From the NCBI GenBank assembly GCA_964016885.1, contig OZ024741.1:219914001-219978000 (forward strand): a DNA stretch of 64,000 nt. Direction: 5' to 3'. The stretch comes from Eledone cirrhosa (Eukaryota). The notes below the pieces were generated by a model that saw only the letters and a list, made by a program, of their open reading frames with translations, ran no database searches and was not told where the DNA came from. A program made the translations under genes and the position numbers. Position 1 is the stretch's first letter. Each line of letters begins with the position of its first letter. Of the stretch, positions 41,993 to 55,028 are shown in pieces.

Positions 41993-42262
41993 GACGCCCC
42001 TACGACTCCTTCAGAAGTTAGGGGATAAAACAACTAAATTATTCATCCCTATTTGTGATTTTATGATGGTAGGGTGTGATTTGAGGGTGATTTGGCTGCT
42101 ATTTCTAGGTTCATTGAGATGATGGTGGTGGTCAGTACATAAGAACTATTAAAGCAGAGGTTTTCAAAGTGGGCGCTATATACTGTACCGATTGTGTTGT
42201 TGTTTCTGTTGACCTTTTACATACATATATTTATTTATACCTAGTATATATTATATTATTTG

Positions 42263-42448
42263 TGGATTGGCAGTATCGGTAGAGAGTCGGACGCCATACT
42301 TTCCAGCATAGAGTTACGTCCCTTTACAGTCTGAGTTCAAATCCCGCCGAGGTTAACTTTACCTTTCATCCTTACGGGGTCGATAAAATAAAGTATCAGT
42401 AATGCACTGGGATAATTGCTGGCCTTGTGCCAAAAGTAGAAACAATTA
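42263..42448 (+). mobile_element. Dominant SINE copy
   Basis: Matches 25358-25550; flanking repeat ATTATATTATTT. Confidence 0.85.
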
Positions 42449-43032
42449 TATTATTTATTATATATAGATTAACGGTTTTATTTATTATATATTATTTACA
42501 ATTTGCTTGTAGGCAGGTCTCTTTGGAAATAGATTTGTGGGGCTGTGAGGATATTACATGGCTGTGAACGGGGCCGTGGTGGCTCAAAATGTTTGACAAC
42601 CTCTGTACTAATGATATAACAGTAGTTCAGATCATCTAGTTCTTGATTTTATATTTTATTCCTCCTGGGTCAATATCAGTAAAAGGATCGATTTAAATGA
42701 TTCGATGACTTGTCTGCGTCTGCGAATAAATATTCATCTACTGCCAAGTTAAAAGAGATCAATATTTACCTTGTGTGAAGCTTTCAGTTTTTTTCGATTT
42801 TATCTTTCATTATTTATTTGTTAAATTATTTTATTGACTTTCCGTTTGGCATTCCATGTACTCACGCAGATTGCTGAACACAGTTTCCGATAACATCCAA
42901 GGGAAATAAATACGCAATGTAAACAAAGCATAAGGGAAATAACTCTTCCTGCCAAGAATATAATTTTCACCATTAATTATTTGATCAGTTGTGTGAAAAC
43001 ATTTTTCACACAACTGATGTAAATTTATTATT

Positions 43033-43071
<39 letters not shown>

Positions 43072-43090
43072 GGTGTGTTACCTTCTCAAC

Positions 43091-43188
<98 letters not shown>

Positions 43189-43385
43189 AACGCATAATAT
43201 GGTAGGAAAGTCGATTTAGCGACTGAACAAATATTTATCAATAAATATTTAAAGAGAAAGAAATGCTTAGATTAGTTTGTACGGTATTGATTTTTTTATT
43301 TGTTTTAAGAAATGTCAACCTATGTTTACAAAATGAAGGGAAAGGTAAGCACGTCACAAGATTTCATTACTTCCCACTTAATATA

Positions 43386-43572
43386 TAATTGTTTCTACTT
43401 TTGGCACAAGGCCAGCAATTACTCAGTACATTACTGGTACTTCATTTTATCGAACCCGTAAGGATGAAAGGCAAAGTTATCCTCGGTGGGATTTGAACTC
43501 AGAATGGAAAGGGCCGTAACTCTATGCGTCAAAGCATGGCGTCCGACTCTCTACAGATACTCCCAATCCACT
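43386..43572 (-). mobile_element. Dominant SINE copy with 20-bp TSD
   Basis: CTTCCCACTTAATATATAAT at about 43370 and 43571. Confidence 0.87.
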
Positions 43573-44087
43573 TCCCACTTAATATATAATACATTGAATT
43601 GACAACACATTAAATTATTTCACTATTGATTCTTCTTTGTTTCCGTAACTCCTGATGGAGTCGTGGGGGTGTCGTAATGGTGTACGGCGTTTCTGGGCTA
43701 TTTGAAAGCCTGGCGGTTTCCAAGTCGGAAGTGAGAAAGAGATATAGAGGAAGAATCGATCCCAGTTCTTGACTGGTACTTTTTTTATCGACCTCGAATA
43801 GATGAAAGGTAAAGTTGACTTCAACGGGATTTGAACCCAGAGAGCAGAAAGCCGAAACGAATACAGCAAAGCATTCTATCTGACGTTCTAACGACTCTGC
43901 CAATTCACCACCTTATTAAGTCTAACAACACATTAAACTAGGTCACCACTCAGTCTAACAACACATTATACTATATCACTGTTGAGTCTAACAATACTTT
44001 AAACTATAGTACTATTTTTTGTTCTCTAAAAACCTGCATAGAAGCGGCTTACTTTAGCTTTCTAAACATTTTTTTTTTTATAATAGA

Positions 44088-45115
44088 CTAGCAGTAAAGC
44101 CCGGCGTTGCTCGGGGTCGCTCAGTAGCTGTGTTAAAGTTACAATGTTAAGTTTCTTTTTTGGCTTAAAAACTGTAGTATCTACTGTGCAGACTTGCATG
44201 TGGTGTTTTTGATTAATATTCCCTCAACCAACAATATGCCTTATGAAGTTAAGAAAACATAACGATAACCCGAATGTTATAACAAAAGAGGATGCTGGGG
44301 ATAAAAACTGCACTGGTTATTTATTAACAAAGATCGAAAATGTAAACACTGCAACGCAGAGAAAAACATTAGCGTAACCAAATTATCAGTTCTGTCTGCA
44401 CGCCTATATCACCTCTCTGCACGACTGTCTGTCTGCACGCCTATATCACCTCTCTGCACGACTATCTGTCTGCACGCGTATATCACCTCTCTGCACGACT
44501 GTCTGTCTGCACGCGTATATCACCTCTCTGCACGACTGTCTGTCTGCACGACTGTCTGTCTGCACGCCTAACGAAATTTACAGATACATATATTTTAAAT
44601 AAACTTATATAATTTTTGCTTTTTTTTACGAAATATTTGCTTGTTTTACGTAGTCTTTAAATAGACTTGTTTTCAAGTAAAAATATTGTTTTAAAAGGCT
44701 TTTAAATGGAAATGAAGCAAAACGGAATCTTAGTGTTCGAACTGATGAATTTTGCAGGTCAAAATTTTGCTGGCTCGACAACTGTTCGTGTATTGTGTTA
44801 ATGTCATTTTAAACGCTGAGAAAGCCAGCGTAATTTTTTTAATTTTTGCACGCAGAAAATGTAAACAGAACGTAAGACGCTCAATGTAAACAGAACAAAG
44901 GGAAATAACTCATCACTTACGCTCAAAAATCGATACATTAGATTCGATTTCGTCACATAGGGTGGGTCAATTTGAAATATTTTTTTTCCGATGTCTTCGC
45001 TAGGGCTCAATGTACAAGTATAGCAATTTCGGTGCAATTCCGTCAGAGATTCTAAGAGGAGATGTGTGCCAAAAATCGATAGACAGACAGACAACCACAG
45101 TTTTATATATATAGA
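44088..45115 (-). mobile_element. Non-autonomous Helitron with an internal 37-bp minisatellite (about 44390-44570)
   Basis: 5' A|TCTATATATATAAAA..(CTGT)n; 3' GC hairpin CCCGAGCAACGCCGGG followed by CTTTACTG-CTAG|T. Confidence 0.85.
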
Positions 45116-45754
45116 TTAGCAGGATTTAAAAAATATTCCCCGGAGAAAAAAATAATTGTTTTACTTTTGGCACAAGGCCAGCAATTATCCCAGTGTATTA
45201 CTTGTACTTTATTTAATCGACCCCGTAAGGATGAAAGGCAAATTAACCTCGGTGGGATTTGAACTCAGATCATAAAGGGGGGTAACTCTATGCTGCAAAG
45301 CATGGTGTCCGACACTCTACCGATACTGCAAATCCACCACCCCTGTAGAAAACATAATTTCAGCCACTATGTCATATTAACTCTCATGTTAATTTACTAT
45401 CATAATGGTTTCTAATTTAGACATAAGACCAACAATTTTCAGAAGAAGGTGAAAATTTATTATATCGAACCAGTACTTAACTGGTACTTTCTTTTATCGA
45501 TCTCGTAAAGATGAAAAAAAAAGTTGACCTCGGTGGGATTTGAATTCAGAAATGAATGATTCGTAAGTAAATTATTTTGTCCGACGCACTACCGATTCTG
45601 CTAGTTCACCATACTCTTTATTAGCTATAATAATGTTATGTATTGTTACATTTTGGGGAGTGTAACACTCTCCTAATATTGCCAAAAATAGTAAAATTCA
45701 TTCATTGTTTGGTTTGGTTTTCGTTTCAGAATATTTTTTATTTTTTATAAATAG

Positions 45755-48525
45755 CTAGCAGAACAAACCACGCCTCGGGTGGTTTTCTGCTAGCATGTGT
45801 AGTGTGTATATTGATATTATACGCAAGTATATATGCATGTAGATATGATACATCAAATAAAATCGTAATTGACAATATACACAGAAATTGAACGAAGACT
45901 GTGTTACACTGTCTTATGTAATCAGTAACGTAATCCATGATACATTTAAAAAAGACAATATTACATATAAACTGCATTAGGAGAAAATTAGTGTCGGAAA
46001 TATATGAATTTTTATTTAAGAGAACGCTAACCGGAAGTGTTGACATTTGAAAATTTAAAAAAAGGGAATCTTTAAATAAGTAATAAAATATATTTAATGA
46101 ACAGCCACAAAATTTAGTAGATAAATTATGTAATATTCATTCATTACTATGCATTGGGTAATTGCTGGCCTTGTGCCAAAAGTAGAAACAATTATTTATT
46201 CAAAGTAATCCAACTTATTTTACAAACGGGATAAAATAATCTATTCCCGATGCAGTCCCGCACTCCTTTCTTTATTATAGTTTAGATTTAGCTTGCAATC
46301 AATGTTTATCATTAATTAACCAACAGCTAAAAATATAAATATAAATATAATTTCTCAAAATTCTTTCGTCACACATATCTGTGACATCTCTGATTATCGC
46401 TGTTTCAGCTCGTTATGTTTGTATAACGTTTTTTTTTGTTATTGTTGTTGTATTTGTTTGCGCATGCGTTTGTGTGCGTGCTCGTGTATTTATGTCTGAT
46501 TGTGCGTGTGTTTGTGTTTATATTCTATCTTTTGTCTCTAGTGTATGTTTGTTATTTAAATATTTGTGCTCACAAGATATTGGCTGAGCTTTTATCTCTG
46601 CTAGACGGTTTGTTTCATTGTTATATCATCATGTCGCAATGGGGAGGGTGACACTATCTTTATGGCACACTTGGGTCGCTGCTGATTTCATGTATAATAT
46701 CTTCCATACAAATGTGGCTTAATCGACAGTTTCAGTTGCATTTTAGAGGTGGAAATATTTCGCCTCCTTTCTCGTTCGTGAGATATTTTGTCACCATCTC
46801 CTGTACTCGAATGGCTAAATCACGTGATGTGGTATAACCGTCAATAGCCCAGGGGAGGATACACTTCCGGTAAATAATTGTTTCTGATTTAGGCAGAAGA
46901 CCAACAACTTTGGTTGGAGGGGAAAAGTCGATTAGATTGACCCCAGTGCGTTATTGGTACTTTATTTTACCGACCCCCTTAATGTCGAAAGGCAAATATA
47001 ACCTTGACGAGATGTGAACTTAGAACGTAAACGGCCGTAACTATATGCGATAAAGCATGTTGTTCGACACTCATTCGATACTGTCAATTCACCGTAACAA
47101 TATTAATATTTTCTACTTTAGGCAAAAGGCCAACACATTTTGGGGGAGGAGAAAGTCGATTAAATTGAACCCAGTATGTTACTGGTACTTTATTTTAACG
47201 ACCAGTATGGATGAACGGCAAAACTAACATCGACACATCTGATACTAGAATCGCTCTCATGTTTACGAGAAATATATTCATGCAAAATTTGTTTTTATGC
47301 CGAATTTTACTCCTGCAGGACTGTGTGGCTGTACGAAAGACCCTCAATTTTCAGGACGTATTGAACGTCATAAAGAAGTAAGTATTTCACGCAATTTTTT
47401 CAGGACGTATTGAACGTCATAAAGTAAGTATTTCACGCAATTTTTTCAGGACGTATTGAGCGTCATAAAGTAAGTATTTCTCGCAAGGTTTTCAGGACGT
47501 ATTGAACGTCATAAAGAAGTAAGTATTTCTCGCAAGGTTTTCAGGACGTATTGAACGTCATAAAGAAGTAAGTATTTCTCGCAAGGTTTTCAGGACGTAT
47601 TGAGCGTCATAAATAAGTAAGTATTTCTCGCGAGGTTTTCAGGACGTATTGAGCGTCATAAAGAAGTAAGTATTTCTCGCAAGGTTTTCAGGACGTATTG
47701 AACGTCATAAATAAGTAAGTATTTCTCGCGAGGTTTTCAGAACGTATTGAACGTCATAAAGAAGTAAGTATTTCTCGCGAGGTTTTCAGGACGTATTGAG
47801 AGTCATAAAGAAGTATTTCTCACAAGGTTTTAAGGACGTATTGAGCGTCATAAAGAAGTATTTCTCGCAAGGTTTTAATGACGTATTGAACGTCATAAGG
47901 AAGTAAGTATTTCTCGCAAGGTTTTCAGGACGTATCCAACGTCATAAATAAGTAAGTATTTCTCGCAAGGTTTACACCGAAACCGTAATTTGGAGCACTT
48001 AATTGACTGACGTGTGCTTAACGATACTGTTTAGCTGCTGAAATCTAAACTATAATAAAGTAAGGAGCGCGGGACTGTGTACGGTTTATAATTGTTTATC
48101 CCATTAGTAAAATCAGTTGCATTACTTTGAATAAATAATGAATGAAAATTACATAAATTATCTACTAAATTTCGTGGCTGATGATTAAATATATTTTATT
48201 GTTTATGTAAAGATTCACTTCTTTAACATTTTCAAATGTCAACACTTCCGCTTAGCGATCGCTTAAATAAACATACATATATTTCCGTCACTAATTTTCT
48301 CCTAATGCAGTTTATATATAATATTGTCTTTTTTTAATGTATCATGGATTACGTTACAGATTACATAAGAGAGTGTAACACAGTCTTCATTCAATTTCTG
48401 GTATATTGTCAATTATGATTTTATTTGATGTATCATATCTACATGCATATATACTTGCGTATAATATCAATATACACACTACACATGCTAGCAGAAAACC
48501 ACCCGTAGAGTGGTTTTTCTGCTAG
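45755..48525. mobile_element. Fold-back element with about 500-bp inverted arms (45755-46289 / 48041-48525) ending in CTAG hairpins
   Basis: Arms are reverse complements; each outer end is CTAGCAGAAAACCAC-loop-GTGGTTT(T)TCTGCTAG. Confidence 0.75.
47348..47973. repeat. Minisatellite, about 13 x 45-49 bp
   Basis: Unit CAGGACGTATTGAACGTCATAAAGAAGTAAGTATTTCTCGCAAGGTTTT, head to tail with no spacers. Confidence 0.93.
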
Positions 48526-49632
48526 TCTAAGTAATACTGTGTGACATTTAAAGGCAGTCCGCACTGATTTAAATCTTCCTCCTCATTCTCTTTCCCACAG
48601 AAATAGAACCTACCAATAAAAGTTTCTGATTTACGCACAAGGCCAACAATTTTAGGGGAGAGGAAAGTCGATTAGATCGACCCCAGTGCCTTACTTGTAC
48701 TTTATTTTATCGATAACGTGAAGATGAAAGGAAAAACTAACCTCGGTGATATTTAAACTCAGAAAGTAAATGGGCATAACTATATGCCGCCAAGCGTGTT
48801 GTATGATGTTCTTCCGATAATTGTTTCTACTTTTGGCACAAAGCCAACAATTAACCAGTACATTACTGGTACTTTATTTTATCGACCCCGTAAGGATGAA
48901 AGGCAAAGTTAACCTTGGGGGGATTTGAACTCAGTCCGTAAAGGGACGTAACTCTATGCTAGAAAGCATGGCGTCCGACCCTCTACTGATACTACCGATA
49001 ATACAATTTGTTCAAAGTTAAAGTTGCACTCCTTCACTAATGGTATTTTCTCGTCAAATCTGATTCTTCATACGACAACCAAATACATTCTACAAGTTGT
49101 GTGTCTTTTATACACACCCACCTGAAAAAAAGTTACTTAAGATGAATAGGCAATTGCATCTCTACCTCGTCAGCCAACTTATGGAATTCACCTTCGAGCA
49201 TTACGTCAGTAATGCACTTGTAACACCAGTCTGCACAACAGATTCAAGAACCGCTTGACGTAGCTGGGCTGAAAAGTTCATAGGCTGATTATGAAGGAGT
49301 GATGCTAATGCTGTGAAATCTTGTATGTATTAATTTCAACTCTTCTATTTGATAATTGTATTGTTTCTTTCCAGGGACTATGTTGGAAGCCTATGAACGT
49401 TCCAGACAAGCCTCGCATACCCCCCCCTATATATATATCACGATAAATTAACAGAGGCATAGGCCCTCGCTATTCCCTGTAAATAATGTGCTCAAAGGAG
49501 AAGAGATCCTGAGCTCTTTAAAATACAATATGTTGAGAAGGTTATAGATTCCATACGCTGGTGGTTTTTTCCCTGTATTATTGATAACGCACTATATATC
49601 TCTCTCTGGTGTGTTACCTTCTCAACATATTG

Positions 49633-49676
<44 letters not shown>

Positions 49677-49763
49677 ATAATAATAAATGTGAAGACTAAA
49701 ACCAAAGAGGGCGCGATAAGGATAAATATATATCAAATATATAAGAACCCTAGAGCAAATATT

Positions 49764-49906
49764 TATTAAAATAACAGATTAAAGTTTAAGCAAAGGATCC
49801 CTGCTTTCACCCTTAACGGGAACTTTTCAGGGGCTGAGTTTCAGAAGATCCCGTTAAGGGTGAAAGCAGCGATTCTGTGCTTAAACTTTAATCTGTTATT
49901 TTAATA
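49764..49906. repeat. 143-bp palindrome with degenerate hammerhead-like cores in both arms
   Basis: Plus strand CAGAAGA-tccc gttaa gggt-GAAA; minus strand CTGAAAA-gttccc gttaa gggt-GAAA. Confidence 0.7.
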
Positions 49907-50125
49907 TATATATATATATATAAAGAATATAAAGAACTGGAAGTTGGAAAGCACGGATGAAGAGATATTAATCTCGAAATATCAGGACATGAATAAATTA
50001 AGGTAAAAAACAAACCCTATTTCTTACGTTTTAAATTTTACTCCCTCCAAACCTACATTGTTGTGGCTCTCCAACGTCGAATTCTTTACCCCATATAATT
50101 CTTCAACAAGTAAACTACAAATTCC

Positions 50126-50228
<103 letters not shown>

Positions 50229-50249
50229 TATACATACATATATATATAT

Positions 50250-50288
<39 letters not shown>

Positions 50289-50307
50289 ATATATATATGT
50301 ATGTATA

Positions 50308-50410
<103 letters not shown>

Positions 50411-50432
50411 TATGTATATGTGTGTGTGTATG

Positions 50433-50465
<33 letters not shown>

Positions 50466-50580
50466 AGGAGGTGAGTACCAACAATAAAGCAATGCAAACA
50501 TCGGTTTAGTAGCACTCCACAGTTTATAGGACTGGCGTATAAATAATATAAGATCAAAAGATGGTTAAAAGAGTTCCAAA

Positions 50581-50651
50581 TATTTTATTATGCACATTTC
50601 AAAAACAAATATCATCATGGGATGATATCTGCGTTCTCATCAGATAAAATA
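50581..50651 (-). ncRNA. Minimal hammerhead ribozyme (3' pLTR)
   Basis: tattttat-CTGATGA-long stem II-GAAA-t gtgc a-TA-ataaaata. Confidence 0.8.
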
Positions 50652-51208
50652 GGGAAACATGATATGAAGTTTAAAAAACAGTTGTGAGTAGTGAAATTTT
50701 AAATCAACATATGAAAAATAAAATAAGATGGATATATGAGATTGGGAAAAGAAGGAGGGTCGGTAGGAAATGGTAAGGAGGAGGAAGAAAGAAAATAAAG
50801 GATGAAGTGGGAGGAGTATAAGAAGGAAGGATGAGAGAGGAGGAGAAATGGGTGATAGAGAGAGAGAAATAGCCTTTACAACTGAGAAAAAACATTGACT
50901 CACAAAGAGAAATTTAAAAAACCGTTGGAAGATAATAGATAATTAAAAAAGATTTTGAAATTAAGTGTTAATGAGGTTTATTGATGTTGATATTTATGAT
51001 TAAAGAAAAAGGAATTAAGAATAGTATTAAAGGTTTATATATAGAAGGGTTTAATAATATGTGCGAAAAAAATGATTAATATATATTATTAAAATAAAAA
51101 TATTAATAATATTAAGGATATAATGTGAAAGAGGGAGAAGAATAAATGAATTATGAACTTAGTTAGGGTTTAAGTTTGTTTTTATGTATTGTAATATGTA
51201 AAAGTAAA

Positions 51209-51925
51209 TAATTGTTTCTAATTTTGGCACAAGACCAGTGATTACCCAGTACATTACTGGTACTTTATTTTATCGGCCCCGTAAGGATGAAAGGCAAAGT
51301 TAACCTCGGCGGGATTTGAACTCAGACCGTAAAGAGACGTAACTATGCTGGAAAACGTCTACCGATACTGCCAATTCACCGCCCCAATGTAAAAGTAAAT
51401 AATAGGTTTAAAACGAGTACGGAAGGAGAGAGGAAAAAAAAATTTATGGAAGTATATATTTTTACAAACATTTCTTAATGGTAATATGTATTAAAAATAT
51501 AGTTTCTATGGCCAATAGTATGAGGAAAATGGAAAAATGGAAAATGCTGTAGTGAGTAATAATTGTTTCTATTTTAAGCACAATGCCAGCAATTACCCAG
51601 TACATTATTGGCACTTTATTTTATCGATCCCGTAAGGATGAGAAGCAAAGTTAACCTCGGCGAGATTTGAACTCAGATCATAAAGGGACGTAACTCTATG
51701 AGGAAAATGGAAAAATGGAAAATGCTGTAGTGAGTAATAATTGTTTCTATTTTAGGCACAAGGCCAGCAATTACCCAGTACATTATTGGTACTTTATTTT
51801 ATCGATCCCGTAAGGATGAGAAGCAAAGTTAACCCCGGCGGGATTTGAACTCAGATCATAAAGGGACGTAACTCTATGCTTCAAAGCATAGTGTCCGACT
51901 CTCTACCGATACTGCCAATCCACCG
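51209..51925 (-). mobile_element. Three dominant-SINE copies inserted in the Penelope 3' UTR; one arose from a 178-bp tandem duplication
   Basis: TSDs ATGTAAAAGTAAATAAT and GCTGTAGTGAGTAATAAT; about 51520-51697 is repeated at 51698-51875. Confidence 0.82.
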
Positions 51926-54787
51926 CTGTAGTGAGTAATAATATGAATTGAGAAGTAATTGGGAAATAAGAGTTACAGATTAAAGATTAGAAATTAAAAA
52001 AGAAAAAAAGAAAAGAAAGGAAAAAGGGTAAACGAAGAAAAAGATATGGGACCTCTAACGATATAGAAGAAGTAAATTGTATAATATAATATACTGAAAT
52101 AAGGTAGAAAGATGGGTATATTTGTAATAGATATAAAAGCCTTTGAGAAAAAAGAAGATTTTAAACTAATTATGTATTGAAATTTTAGCTGTATACTTTA
52201 TGAAGGTTCTATGGGATTTATGCCAGCAGAGCGATAATAAATCCGTACGTCTATTTATTATAGAATAAAAATTAGATATAATGGTAAATTTCTCGGCTAG
52301 GCAGAGGTTACATGTTCTGGATAGGGAAGAATTCAGGTAAGGAAAGGCGTAGCAAACTTTCCTCCAAGATATGTTATAGTTAATATTTTTGTCTTTTAAG
52401 GACCATATGAGTTCCGAGAGTGCCGTGTTAGTTCTTTTGAGTTGGTATTTAAAATACGATTTGTGACTATAAAATCTTGCTTTAAAAGAATTGGAAGTGG
52501 AACCAAAATAGGTAAAAGAATTAGTACCAGTTATAACCTTACATTCATACACTAAGTTTTTATCAAGACATTGGTTATTAAGAGGACATTTAGTTCTAAC
52601 AGGGCAATTACAATTACGATTAGAGAAATTAACAGAGTTAGTAGCAAGTGACCTAGTATTATTTATAGAAGGAATTGGATTGGAGAAGTTATTTACGATA
52701 GGAATAATAGTTTCCTGATTTAGATAGGTATTATGAACATTCAACGAATTACGTTTGACGTCGTATTTAAATTTACTGAATCTAGCCTAGAGTTAACAAT
52801 GACGTCGGGTATACTACTGCTATTATTATGACGCTCAGTGTTGGATGGATGTAATTTATTTTTTAATATTTAATTATTGTGTTTAGAGATAATGTTAGAG
52901 ATGTTGGAAGTGGTGGAATACGAAAATTTGATTGTATGTTTGTTAAAGATTTTACTATAGATATGCGAGGGAGGGAAGCATTTATCTAAGGCCCTAAAGA
53001 ATAATTTAGGAATGTTATTAGTTATAGATAGAGAAAAAGGAGCGTTGTACCAAATCATATTCTTGTATCTAGGTCTTTTATTTAATTTATTGGAATGTTC
53101 ATAATTAACTGTTTTACTATAATTCCTTCGATGATTGGTTTCTTTACTGTATTTAATTTTATCAGGATAACCGGCTTTGGAAAGCGCATTATTATAGTAA
53201 TTGGCATTAGCGTCGAAGATAACTTTATTAGAGGATAGATTTGAGATTCTTTTTTCAATATTACTGACTATAGCATTTTTAACATTAGTGGGGTGGTTAG
53301 ATTTAAAGTTAACATAATTTAGATTTTCATTGTTTTTATGGTAAGCGTAATATAGGCCAGTGTGAAGATTAAGGGATATATCCAAGAAGTCAGCTAGTTT
53401 GACGTTGTTATCAAATTCAATTTTAAGGTTATGGTGCTTAAATAGGTCAAGTATATTGTTCTTAATAATATTAAGGTTAACTAAGTTACAGTTTAAAACA
53501 GTAAAGAGAGCGTCGTCACGATAAATTCCACCGCGAAGTTGAGGAATTTTCCGATTTAAAGAATTCAAAATAAAGATACCAATCAAGTCCGTCAATTGCG
53601 ATGAATCGGATGCACCCATTGCAATATCAAAATTGTTGGAAGTAGTCCAATATTCATTGTTGAATTCCAAGAGAGTTTTTCTTGCGGTAAGAATGATGTA
53701 AAGTTCATCTGTGGTAATGTCAGAATATTTAAATGCGAAAGATAGAGCGTTGCTGAGGAGTGAAGGCGAAATAGAAGAATAGTAACTGGCAATGTCAAAC
53801 TGAATAAATTTTTGTTTGTTTTTGTTATTCAGGTTATTGAACCAGCCAATTACTTCAGATGTACCAATCCATAAATTTAAGTTAGAAATAGAGCAATTAG
53901 AACGAACCTGTGGGATAATTCTATCCAAGATGGATTTACTAACAACCCCCAGTTCTGATTTAGAGGGGGCTATTAGTCTAACAGGTAGTTCCGTTCGAAA
54001 GTTACTTTTATGATCCTTGAGATTTATCCTCGGAGTTCTTGGGAAGAATGCTTCGGTCTTTTTCTAGATGCCAAGTTTAGACATAATCTCAGAAGCTTCC
54101 AAGTTTATAGATTCCAAATTGTCATGGTTAGTTTTGCAATAATTCTTCCTTAGTTCCTTAAAGATAAGGTTATTATACTTATCTTTAGATACGCCATATA
54201 AATTATTAGTTTTGTCGGAGTGGACTAAGACATTTTTAGAGGAATTAAGGTCCAAAATCGTATTCCTGAGATTTATAAGGTGCTTCTGTCCTCTATAAGG
54301 GTTTCTCTTGAATTTAAGACCTCTTATAATATTAGTTAATTCTTCCTCAAACTGCACTAGATTTTTGTTGGAAGGAGGATTTCTTCTAGAGTTAAATAAA
54401 TGATCAAAATTGTTATGTTCTTTAGTATAGAAATTTCCTTTTTGGCGCTGGTCATGGAAAAAAGCAGTCCATCTAAGCCTTCTCGCAAAAGAGTCAGTTT
54501 TTTCAATCAGAAGTTTAGTGAATTCAGATTTACCAGGTATAGGAATGTTTTTAATTGAAGTTGTTATGTTGTAATAATCCATGTTATAGAAGAAAAATTA
54601 GAGACCATCAAGGTATCCGATGTAAGAGTTGGCGCTCAAACAGTCAAGGAGCAAGTAAATGTAGGAGGTGAGTTTTATTGTAGCAACAATAAAGCAATGC
54701 AAACATCGGATAAGTAGCACTCAACAGTTTATAGGACTGGAGTATAAATAATATAAGATCAAAAGACGGTTAAAAGAGTTCCAAGTA

Positions 54788-54851
54788 TTTTATTATGCGC
54801 ATTTCAAAAACAAATATCATCATGGGATATCTGCGTTTTCATCAGATAAAA
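54788..54851 (-). ncRNA. Minimal hammerhead ribozyme (5' pLTR)
   Basis: ttttat-CTGATGA-aaacgcagatatc..gatatttgttttt-GAAA-t gcgc a-TA-ataaaa; palindrome ATGCGCAT. Confidence 0.82.
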
Positions 54852-55028
54852 GAGGGAAACATGATATGAAGTTTAAAAAAACACTTGTGAGCAGTGAAGT
54901 TTTAAATCAACATATGAAAAATAAAATAAGATGGATATATGAGATTGGGAAAAAAAAGAAAAGGAATGGGGGAAGGAAAAGGTAAGGAAGAGGAAGAAAG
55001 AATATCATTGTTTCTACTTTAGGCTAAA

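Larger units (their letters stand above)
50463..55002 (-). mobile_element. Near full-length Penelope-like (Neptune-like) retroelement with direct pLTRs (50463-50793 and 54660-55002)
   Basis: Disrupted ORF 54582-52166: N-terminus KNIPIP..RRLRW..SDKT, RT FDIASYYSSI / MGAS / YRDD / FLDISL, linker CNC..CPL..C, GIY-YIG LVY..YFG..KARFYSH, CNLCLAEK. Both pLTRs contain a hammerhead. Confidence 0.9.

Noticed and set aside
44742-44775. CTGATGA followed by a hairpin (attttg/caaaat)
   Set aside because: No GAAA or stems I/III follow, so it is not a hammerhead.
47348-47973. CRISPR-like regularly spaced array
   Set aside because: Units are head to tail with no unique spacers, there are no cas genes, and the context is eukaryotic; it is a minisatellite.
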